Position numbers and translations under genes: made by a program. Below are positions 19,501 through 30,127 of a stretch of DNA of 64,000 nt, piece by piece (within the stretch, counting starts at the first letter, position 1; every line of letters begins with the position of its first letter). Origin of the DNA: Takakia lepidozioides (lineage: Eukaryota > Plantae > Bryophyta); contig CM060732.1 in assembly GCA_030704615.1 (NCBI GenBank), forward strand, positions 13,454,001-13,518,000, given 5' to 3'. The notes beneath the pieces are model-generated. The model was given only the letters and a program-made list of their open reading frames with translations, had not been told where the DNA came from and did no database searches.

Positions 19501-20216
19501 ATGATAGTGCCGCAGTTTCAGGTGGTAGCAGTACTTCTAGCAATTCAGCAGATTCAGGTGGTAGCATTAGCAGTGTTGACACCACCTACGGATGTACTTG
19601 AGGGCATTCATTTATGGAACATGAGGGGACACACTCTCCATTTTCCGTTGCACCACCATTTCTCTTCCCACCATCCGTTGTAATGAGCACGGACTACAAT
19701 GAAATTCACATCCCTGAATTGAAACATTTTCTCCCCCGCGTCCTGCGAATTTGAAAGTGTTTTCTTTCTAAACATTGCTCTCCAATTCAACCGTGTGCAT
19801 TCAATAAAAGTTTTTCAACAGAGATGAATATGTGCATAGTCCAGTAGACAGTCATTTGACATATGCCATCACACCAATATTTGGTTGGATGGATGGAGGA
19901 TGAATGTTTTTGGATGGATGAAGCCAGATTGGATGTGCACTGTGGATGAATGTTGCATGCATGGATGGTCCCATGGATGATGTCAGTGTGCAGTATCATG
20001 CACAGGGGCGGGATGGCGAGGTTCACTGTCGGGGTTGAGGTGGGTCCCTAAGGCTGACAAGGGTTGGAGTTTCTGTTTGGGGTTGCAGGGTAAATATGGA
20101 TGAAGACGTTTCTGCGGTAATGGGTCCTCTTCCACGGAAATAGACGCCGCATCTTTCCCAAAATCATGCCACGTGTCCTTGGCTCACGCTCCTAGGCTCA
20201 CACTCTAGCATCCCCC
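15462..20216 (+). mobile_element. Left-truncated Mutator-like element E1 carrying a ParB-MTase gene; only the right terminus is retained
   Basis: 20181-20216 (ggctcacgctcctaggctcacactctagcatccccc) resembles the right TIR of element E2 (cgctcatgctcatgccgctcatgaaatagcagccccc). The cargo gene has the same orientation relative to this end as in E2. No left TIR or TSD was found. Confidence 0.55.
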
Positions 20217-20410
20217 GGGCCTATCGGGAAACGTCACCGCTGAATACCGCCATGTAGGCTCGCCCTCAAATGTCAACTTCTTCGCAGAGCCAATCCCACT
20301 CCGGTTTGACTTCGGAACCCGGACTACCGGTGACTTGGTAGCAACAGCAGCATGGCCAGGGCCTTGGACAAATTTGTTGTCCGAGTCACCCCCCTCGGCC
20401 CCCTCCGGCT
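20217..20410 (-). pseudogene. Inverted fragment of a ParB-MTase gene (A2-like middle region)
   Basis: The reverse complement aligns with 33680-33865 (gagtgactcggac...gctaccaagtcaccggt...catttgagggcgagcctaca...gcggtgacgttt). Confidence 0.75.
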
Positions 20411-21080
20411 ACGCCATCATTTTGGCCCCAAAACTGGAAATATGGCGCCAAATTCCAATTTTTGGTGCATGCCACTCCTGGGACTTAGCCATTTTTGGGC
20501 CCCAAAACTGGAAATTTGGCGCCATATTTCTCGTTTCGGTGCCAGCCACTCATGGGACTTAGTCAGTTTGGGCCCCAGACTGGAAAAATGGCACCGAATT
20601 TCCAATGGGTAGGCACTCCCGCCCCTGGGACTTAGCCATTTCTGGCCCCCGATACTGGAAATTCGGCGCCATTTTCCCAGTTTGGGGCCCAAAATGGCTA
20701 AGTCCCTTGAGCGGCTGGCTCCGAAACTGGAAAAATGGCGCTGAATTTCCAGTTTTGGGGCCCTGAAATGGCTAAGTCCAAGGAGCGGCGGGCACCAAAA
20801 CTGGAAATTCGGCACCATTTTTCCAGTATCGGGGCCAGCCACTCATGGGACTTAGCCATTTAAGCCTCAAGCTGGAAAAATGGCGCCGAATTTCCAGTTT
20901 CGGGGGCCGAAAATGGCCAAGTCCCAGGGGTGGCGTGCACCGAAACTGGAAATTCGGCGTCATTTTTCCAGTCACGGGGGCAGCCACTCATGGGGCTTAG
21001 CCATTTTGGGCCCCAAGCTAGAAAAATGGTGCTGAATTTCCAGTATCGGGGGCCAGAAATGGCTAAGTCCCATGAGTGCA
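20410..21080. repeat. Degenerate array of GGAAATTCGGCGCCATTTTTCCAG and GGGACTTAGCCATTTT modules in both orientations
   Basis: Directly visible; same family as the array at 32630-33240. Confidence 0.9.
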
Positions 21081-21676
21081 TGCACTAGCTGAAAACAATC
21101 AGGCACATGTGAATAAGGATACAGGAAACATGTGCACATTGCGTGGGAGAGCAGCTGCGGCGTCAGCGAAATGTGGGATGAATGTGTACGAAAAACTTCT
21201 TGATGAAGTAAGCTAGGATGAATGTGTTTCGGGAAATTGATGAATGCAGGATGAATGGTGGATGAAAATGATTGGATGAATATTGTAGCGTGAATGAGTG
21301 AAATAAGATTGCTTGTAAAAGAACATTCATGACATTCATCCCATTCATAACAGTCGTGGAGTATCATCTCATTCATTCATCTCATAGAAAGTAAAGTCAT
21401 AAGCCAATTCTGCAAAACAAGATTGATCTCATTCAAGAAAGTGTTGCCATTAACCACCACGAAGCCAGATACAAGTCCACCTGGTTGGAACACAAACATG
21501 CATTGCAAAACAAGATTGAAAACAAATATTGATTGCAAAACAACATTGATCTCATTCAAAAAAATGTTCCCATTAAGCAAAGATAGCCATCTCCAAAGTC
21601 CGTTACACTCCAGATTTGAGCAACAATGACAAGGAGGGCAAACCGGCAGAGTTCCAATGCAAATCCCGACTACATC

Positions 21677-23488
21677 TCAAATTGTACCCGAAATATCTCG
21701 CTGTAGCATCGTATGAACGTCACTGGGTCCTATCGTACATTGGTGAATATACGTGTCTTGTTTAGGATCGCAAAACATCCTCCGAATGTAGATGTAGTAA
21801 AGATGCTTGCACGGGACAAATTTCACTCTCTTGCCAAGAGAGCTTGAGAGCGTGTTCTGAAAGTCCGGACAAGTGCAATTAGGATAATCGCCAATAGTAA
21901 TCTCATAGGTCCTGTCATGAGCAACCAATCCAGAAGTCGCCATGGTGTACACCCGCCCATACCCTGGCAAGGGGACATTCACAATTTGGGTGACGCGACA
22001 CTGCAGGGTTCTAGCAGACTCCATCTTGCACTCATTGTCTGCACCATCCTCAACGTGACATACCGCCTTTCCATTCATTTTGCCATGTCAAGGACGTGCC
22101 GGAAAGTAGGAAGGGAAAGCCATTGGGTTAACCGGTGTTACGACAGGAGGGGCTCTCGGAAGGCGAAACCCGGCCTCCTCTAGCATGTCAATTTCCAGTT
22201 TGGAGAGTGTGGTTCCAAACTTCACTGGCCACACGGCTGGAATTTGAGGCTTCATTATCACAGATTCCCGAACAGTGCCCATGACACAGCGCACAATGTC
22301 ATTCGGGCAAAACCAGAACTTGTGAGGCCTAGACTCCCGCGACTGGTAATGTTTGAACAACCCGGTGAATGTCGGGGTAGGAGTTCCGCAAGTCCCTCTG
22401 GAAATTTGGGACTTGCACTTCTGAAACGAGGGTGCCCTAATAGCGGCACATTTGACTTTTGATCCATGGGGAGTTCGTTCTATATGCCACATTGCGTCTT
22501 TACAGTCCGACTCCTCTACCGGTAGCATGTTCTCCCCTTCTCCGGGGACTGTGGTGGTTGGAGACTCCTGAGGGAACGAATGCGAAGAAGATTCCCCCAC
22601 AAAGGGGGTGGCCCACGAAAGTGGGGGGCACAGGCACTCGTGGTACTGAGAAGTTGTCCCTATCGTGCCGGTGCGAATTTGCATCTGAGCCTGGTGGGGT
22701 GTCAAGTTTGCGTTTGCACGAACCAAACCTCTCCTCTCCTTCCAGATGTGCAAGCCGTGATTGCAAAGGTGTTCCCATTGTGCACTCGTTCACAGCCCGT
22801 GCCATCTTAGTAGGGTCTTTTAATCTGTTTGCAGCCCTGAGCAGCAACTCTGCCCTGTCTGGCCCCTTGCCTGCACCCCGTCCCCGAAGAAAATCACGGT
22901 ACCGTGTTTGTTGTGAGAGCACTCGAACCATGTCATCTGATGTGGCAACGTACAGATCCCGTCCGCTCTTCCCGGATTGCTTCATCCAAACAAGCTGTGC
23001 ACTTTCTCGGACAGATTGTAGGAGGGCATATCCGCGATGTCCTCGAGCGACATATTCTGCAAGCAATCAGCTTTTCCAGTGAGTTTTCATATTTGAAGTG
23101 CAGTTGCAGTGGACAACAACAGGCATCAAATGAATCATTCCCTCATGATAAGTGGAAAAAAAAAAAAAAAAACCCCCTCAAAGTCCTAGAACTTATTGTT
23201 GTCATGAAACCCCCCCCCTGTTTGTATCGGAAGTGCCAAAACCCCAACCAGTCGTCAAGCTCTTTGAGACCTTCTTGGCTTGCTGCATCTGAGGAGTACC
23301 ACCATGCTCGGATAGTCTGATACAGGGGAGTTTGCGTCATGCTCCGTCATTGCATTTTTGTACAAGCTGCATAGTCTCACGTGCTCGTCTTGCAATTCCA
23401 CTTTTATGCAACTCTTTGTATGCCTTCGAAGGGACTGCGTCCAATGAAAGAGACAAGTGCGCTCCCTACCTTGCATAGGCGTTTTTGG
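21677..23488 (-). pseudogene. 3' half of an older MULE transposase (T0), including CxxH region, Cys-rich domain and SWIM zinc finger
   Basis: PKTPMQGRERTCLFHWTQSL, IRAWWYSS...LDDWLGFWHFRY, LEGEERFGSCKRKLD, KFWFCPNDIVRCV, ITIGDYPNCTCPDF...CKHLYYIY. Frameshifted. Homologous to 24269-26100. Confidence 0.85.
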
Positions 23489-23526
23489 GAGGTTAGCTAT
23501 TTCATGAGCATGAGCGGCATGAGCGG
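23489..23526 (+). repeat. Left terminal inverted repeat of E2
   Basis: CATGAGC(GG) modules after GCTATTT; inverted match to 35779-35815. Confidence 0.8.
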
Positions 23527-23714
23527 AGTAGCAAGACAATCGGTTTTCATGAGCAGAAGTACAAATTTCGAAACTAAAAAACATTATAAAACATTAATTT
23601 AATGCAATGTGTCAGAAAAAACAAATATATTATTCGGCACCTTGAAGGGAAAATTGTAGTTTTGAGAGTTGTGCTCATGATATTTCGTCTTCCGCTCATG
23701 CCAATTCCCAGCGA

Positions 23715-24125
23715 CATGTGCAAAAATGGCGCCGAATTTCGCGGTAATAGGGTCCGTAACCGGAAAGAACCGCGACGTATTTCGCAGTAATAGGTCTCTC
23801 TGGCGAAAAATGGTGCCGAATTCCGCGGCTATAGGTCCCCTCATGACAGGTGTGTAAGCCCAAAATTTGGAAATGTGGCGCCGAATTTCGGTACATGGTG
23901 CCGGGGATTGCACAGATGTTGGGCAGTTCTGGGCCATGTAACTGGAAATTCGGCGCCATTTTTCCAGACATCGTTCCCGAGCATGTTCGGACTTAGCCAG
24001 TTTTCGGCCCAAAATAGGGAAATTCGGCGCCATTTTTCCAGACACGGGTACCAGTGCATGTTGGGACTTAGCCAGTTTTCGGCCCAAAATAGAGAAATTC
24101 GGCGCCATTTTTCCAGAAATGGCCC
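23715..24125. repeat. Subterminal GGCGCC-core array of E2
   Basis: Repeated GAAATTCGGCGCCATTTTTCCAG and GGACTTAGCCAGTTTTCGGCCCAAAATAG units. Confidence 0.85.
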
Positions 24126-24268
24126 CACAACTGCTGTTGGATCTCAGTTTGAATGGAATATTGCCTCATTCCAGGAGTTTTGGGGTGCATTTCATTACAC
24201 TGCAAAAAAAAGTCTGATACATGAAAATGTAATTGAAAATATCCATATGGAGGATTCCCTTTGCCCCA

Positions 24269-27200
24269 TCAATGATTTCTGGAATCCCTAAGGAGGAGTT
24301 TGTGCAGCTCGTTCACGCTCAGTGCATGAATAAAGTCATCAATAGTCACGTTCATCCTCAACCTCTTCAGGTAAATGTAATACAGATGCTTGCACGGATA
24401 ATACTTTGAACCCTTCTTTGCTTCCATCAACGAGAAGTCCGTACAATTGCAAGTCGGCTCCACTCCAATCGTAATTGTGTATACATCGTCGCGTACAGCC
24501 GAGCCGGCCGTTGCCATCCGATAAACAAGTCCAAGGCCGGGTGGAGGTACGTCCACGGAGCTCTGAATAGTGCAAGCCATCCCAAGAGCATTGGCAATCT
24601 GAGTCTCATTCAACTTGTTGGGAGGGTGTCGTCTCTTCACTCTTCCGAATCGCATTGTGGGATGTGAAGAATTGTCCAATCCGTCTCTAATGGACTGAGC
24701 AGTTTGCAATGGCTGGGTCTGAGGAACTGGAAATGCGTGGGCCGGGACGTCTGTGCGTTGCACCATTCGAAATCCTGCTGCAAATAGAGCATCCGCCTCA
24801 TTCTGAGATAGGCTGCAACCCGGTGCAACAGGCCAGACGCCTGGAGGCTCCGGCATTCCCTGAATCCCGTACTTGGGCTTGCCAAATACACAGGTCATTA
24901 TGTCGTGCCTACAGAACCAAAACGTCTGCGGTGTGGCGTGAGCAAATGTGGGAGTCAAAAATCTACCGCTGAAACAAGGTGCAGGTACAGCACCGTGTGG
25001 GTTCCTCCGAATCATCTCACCACAGCGTGCTCTCGTATCCACCCGAATGGCGCAGCACTTCCCTCGAAATGCCGGCAATGTCCTTGCAATTCTCCACTGT
25101 GACTCCGACACTCTTGTCTCCACAATGGGTATGTTGTACTGCGTTACTATAGATGGCTCGTTATGTTCCTCGGGCACGTGCCCTGTGCTCAAAGGAGATG
25201 ACGATCTTGAACGTGCAGGACTTGCGGTGCTCGACGAGACCTCCTCGGGCAACATCACGGGACCACAAGGGAGCGTGCGAATATTCTTGTCAGCTCGCCA
25301 TGAATCCTCTTCCCCGCCAGGTGCCTCATCAAGTCTTCGTCTCACTGGACGGGTATGAACATCTCCTTCCAAATGTTGGCCTCTTCGAAGCAATGGCGTG
25401 TCCCAAAGGCCCTCTCGCAAGGCCGCCGCCCACGTCCGAGGATTCTTCGATCTGGAGGCAGTCCGCATCAGCATTTTGTGCCTGTCCGGCCCCAAGCCCC
25501 ACTGTTTCCCTTTCAAGAACTCGTTGTACCTGCATTGCTGCATAATTGACCTCACAATGTCCTCCGTTGTGGCAGTGAGGATGTCCACCAGATGCGCCGC
25601 AGAGGAGGCACGCCAGGAAGAATGCACTGATTCGGCCATGTTTATCGTGGGCATGTCGGTGTCGGAGTCGAGACACATTTCCTGCACAAGCACATGTTGA
25701 GGTTACAAGCAAGTTACAAATAATGCCAAGAATAATATTCAACAGGACGCGAATTCGTGCAACTCACCTCCCGCATATAGTCGCCGAACTGGAGGAAACG
25801 ATAATGCCACCATGCTAGCCAACTGACCATTGCTCCCTCGTCTGATTTCCTTACAGCACCTGACGATGTCCACCAAGCCCGTATACATGCAAACTGTGTC
25901 TCTGCATCATCCAAGGTGGGAGCGCGCTTCCACGCAAGACACATGGAACGGTGCTCCTCTCTGAAATCTGGCGCCACGAGCCTGGTTGTGTACTGCGAAA
26001 GGCTATGCAGAAAATGGAACCCACAAGATCTCTCCTTGCCTTCCATGGGAACATTGGGGTCTTGCCCGTACATCCTTCGGATGGTAGCCCAATTTGCTTG
26101 TGCGTTGTCCGCCATGAAACCACGGAAATTGGGAGGGGGCAATCCCGCCTTGGCCATCTGTTCGTTTATTCCCTGCCAAAGAAGCATCTCCGATTGTATT
26201 TCATCTCACAAATAGCAATTGTCATTAGCATCCTGCAGTGGGTGTCATAGACATGTGCACCCATTGTCACCCACTAGTGATTTGTAATTCGCTTGATATG
26301 GTCGAACATGACCCAACTGTTTGACAAGCCCCCACTCGTCATCCGGTCGACCAGTTTGACGCCGCTGCCAGGTCCACACGTGGACATTTTGAATACGAAA
26401 CAACGATCTGCCTCAGTCCCTTGTCCTGGAAACCTACTTCCATGAATGTAGTCATATCCACATCGTCGCTTCACCTCCAGAATGGAGTGCATATCCGAGC
26501 CACGCCCAATTTTTTGTTTGCATGAGACAATGTGGTTTCGGACATTCGGTGAACAAACGTGGGACACCGACTCCAGCAATGCCTCCATTTCCTTCTCATC
26601 GAGAGGAACTCTATCGGAGCCGTCTTCCGACATAATTCTGGCCAATGCCATCTTATGGGCGGCTTGGAGCTGTATCTGTTTGGGCTTGGCACCCGGTCTC
26701 AACTTAACCTCCTCCTGAACGAGCTGCTCTGCCTCGTGGGCTGCCTCCCGCGAGTTCCCCCTCACCAATTTGTGACAATGGGAACCAACGTGTATGCAAG
26801 CTCGGGTGAGGTCAGGGAAACGGTGCAACACATAGAACTGCTTGGCATTACAAACAGTCATGCAGTGTGGTGGTTCTTTGCAATGCGCACACTTAAATGT
26901 GGAGTTCGGAACCTTCTCCTGAGCTCGAAATGGTTGATGAGTTGTGCCTGTCCAATCGGTCTCATTCCTGTGACCTCTGGATTTAAAATGGAAGCAAGTT
27001 GGGGAGAAACAACGTAGCGCACCCGCACACCATCAAGCATCTTCATGCTGGTGGTTTTGGTGACGCACTAAGGATGACCGTCATGTTTTCTATCCATATC
27101 TGTCAACATTCCGGACGCCCTCGAGTAGTCCGTCCGAGGAGGGAACTCAAAGAAGATATTACCGTCGACGTCTGCGGGAAGGCATGTAACCAATTTAATT

Positions 27201-27690
27201 GCGAACTTGCTGTAGTCCAGCCCGGCCAGCTCCGAGCGGCGTCCTCCATGTGAAGCCCGCGCAGAATTTCAAGAATGGATCGAACTGCGGTGCTCGTGCT
27301 GGGAATATGACTCCCTCGTCCACTGACGTCCATTGAGGACTTGCCTGATCTCCAGGACGATCTCGGAACTTCCATAACCTCGTCGGAGTCGGACAGGTTG
27401 TGAACAACCCGGTTCTCGCTCGTCTTCATTGATGGGTTGGGCTCTGGATTTACTTCGTTGCGGACTTCTCTCTTTGAGGTACCCACTCTCTGATTCGCGG
27501 ATTGTTTCGTGGAAGGCGCCAGGATAGAAGGTGCATTTGGCGGGCAAATGAAGTCCCGAACAGCCCTGTATATGACGCTGTCCAATGGTGGAACTCGCCA
27601 TTCCCTACCATCGCTGAAATCATCGTGGAGCACAACAATACTCGCGACAACAACGCCGTTTGAGTCCTTCCTTTCCTCCTCCAAAAAAAC
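24269..27690 (-). pseudogene. MULE (Mutator-like) transposase T2 of E2; stop codon and frameshifts present
   Basis: N-terminal GCM/WRKY-like zinc finger (FECAHCKEPPHCMTVC...RACIHVGSHCH); candidate catalytic D in WVMFDH and D in FRGFMADNAQANW; CxxH (CGFH); E in PTINMAES; C-terminal SWIM (PTCNCTDF...PCKHLYYIY). Intron ~25684-25768. TAG at 26274-26276. Confidence 0.88.
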
Positions 27691-28099
27691 TGACCCCGGT
27701 TTCAGGTGGTATCAAACGCACAGATATTTCTCCATCACACGGCAGATGTCCCCTCTGCACGGAAATGTAGCTCTATGCTCGTGAGGAGGGCAGTACACTG
27801 TAGCGCTTGGGTTTTCCGCCATGAGAGATGTGCACACAAGACTGCCAGGATGGCATGCGGGCAAGCTCCCTGGTAGAAGGGGGATGCACCGATGGGAAGG
27901 AATGCGGTGCCGATTTGTCCGAGCGACGAAGCCTGATCCAAATCCAGGGAGCCAACTATCTCAAAAATCCACAGTCAGAGTGTAATGAACCTTGTCTCCG
28001 GAATGCGGCCCCTGGTCTTTGCGCAATAACTGCCAACGGTATGCAGTCAGAAAGTGGGGGGCCGCCCGGATGATGTCGGCTGAAGGGGAGAAGCCGGCA

Positions 28100-29052
28100 C
28101 CGGGCCGTCACATTACAACCCCCGGATGGAAATTCGGCACCGAATATCCAACAAGGCCCGCCCGGATGAAGTCGACTCGGGCGGAGAGGCCGGCACCTGT
28201 CCGACAGAGAACATCCCCCGGATGGAAATTCAGCGCCGAATTTCCATCCGGGCCCCCCAAAGGAAGTCGTGTCGGGGGTCAGGCCGAAAACTGGCCGACA
28301 TAAAAACCTCCCCGAATGGAAAAACGGCGCCGAATTTACATCCGGGGCCATTCAGGGGGGAGAGGCTGGCCGCCGGACGGAAATTTCCAACAGCCGGAAG
28401 TCGACTCGGGCGGAGGATGGAAAACCGGCGCCGAATTTCCATTCATATCGCGGCCAGATCAAATTTCCATTCAGCATTTAATCGCAATCGCGGCCAGATG
28501 GAATTCGGCAACGAATTTCCATGTAGGAACGAGGGATGGAAAAGAAGCGGAATTTCTCTCAACCAGTCGAGAATTCCCTGAAAACCGTGTCTAAAACTTA
28601 AGGTTGTCTTTTTAGTCCAAAAAACAAGCGGCCACGGAATTACCTGCAGGATGGTATTCGGCGCTTCGACTTACCTGGCGGATGGAAATTCGGCGCCGAA
28701 TTTCCAATTACCTGGATGGAAATCCGGCGCCGGATTTCCCGCGCTCCGAATTACCTGGGATGGAAATTGGCGCCGGATCCGCGCTTTTACCTGCGGATGG
28801 AAAATCGGCGCCGGATTTCCATCCAAATTACCCGGATGGAAATTCGGCGCCGCATCCGGCCGCGCTCCGAATTACCTCACCATCTTACCTGGCGGATGGA
28901 AATTCGGCGCCGGATTTCCATCCGGCCGCGCTCCGAATTACCTGCAGGATGGAAATGCGGCGCCGGATTTCCATCCGGCGTCTCCTGGATTTGGCCTCGT
29001 TGCGTCTTCATCCGCTGGATGGAAATTTGGCGCCGATTTTTTCCATCCAGCG
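28100..29052. repeat. Palindrome array GGATGGAAATTCGGCGCCG(A/G)ATTTCCA between the divergent transposase and ParB-MTase genes
   Basis: Many copies; a perfect 24-bp palindrome TGGAAATTCGGCGCCGAATTTCCA lies at 28683-28706. Confidence 0.9.
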
Positions 29053-30127
29053 GGCGATTGAACCGTGACATTTAATGCGTAGTTGCGCATTAAATGTCCT
29101 CCGCCGTCGGTTTTGAACCGGGCTGGCGACACAAGGATTCCGCGCTTGCTTCCCGGATACGCCTTGGAAACCTGATGCTAAACTTGGATGAACTTCTATT
29201 CGAGGCATGTACGCAACAACTGCGAGATCTTTTTCTTTTGCTGGGACTTATGCCGCGTGGAGAAGGGCGTGGCTCTCCTGAGAGAAACCCCACATCCAGA
29301 CCGCGGCGGAAGTTGAAGGCTTTGTACTACGGGCGACGTCCAACCTCTCGCATGGCCAAACTTAAGCTCCAGCAGGAAATTCCATTGTCTTGCTCACAGC
29401 CCGCGCCAACTGAAGCCGAGCACTCTCAGGCGCCCTTCCTCTTTCGTTTTCTTCGTTTTTTTAGTTTGTTTTACATCTTCGCTGGCACTGGAAGCGCATG
29501 GTTGCATCGCAAAAGCACGAGTTGTTGAGAAGAATGATCAAGGTCAGAGTGGTTAGAAAAGAGCCAGGTCGTTGCTGCATTCAGATTGTGCCAGAACAGG
29601 GTGCACACCTCGCTGTAGATAACAGGTTGCATCTCGGAATTAAGGAAATCCATGCTGAGCTGAGAAGATTGTCTGAGCAGATGAAGTGCCTTCAAAACAT
29701 TTCACCCTGTTTTCCCGTCTTATGGAATTCGTGTTCATTTGTTCATCGTGTTTCATGTTGATTTCTCTGGTGAACCTTAGATAGTTTGCAATGCGTGTGC
29801 AAAGCCGCAGCTCTGGAGAAGGCTTGTGCATGTCATTCTTAGGCATTGGTTGGATTTGTTTTCATTGTTGTTCCACGATTGTTGCGATGGTGGTTGCGCT
29901 GCTCGTGGCGGATGGTGGTTTTCATTCCGATGTTGGTTTCACGATTTTCGGGAATGACAGAGTGACGACGAGCCCGCACGTATCATCGACAGCTCCAACT
30001 CATCGCGCATGTTTGGATCGCCCAACTTGGGGCGGGAGGGCAAACTAAAACTTTTGTTGGTGGACGGGAGGACCTGCAGCGAGAGTACGACAGAATAGGC
30101 ATTGGGGAGGTTGGTGCAGGCGGCGGC

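Noticed and set aside
28126-29075. Many overlapping ORFs with EIRRRIS/WKFGAEF repeats (also at 20.3-21.1 and 23.6-24.3 kb)
   Set aside because: Translations of stop-poor palindromic repeats in all frames.
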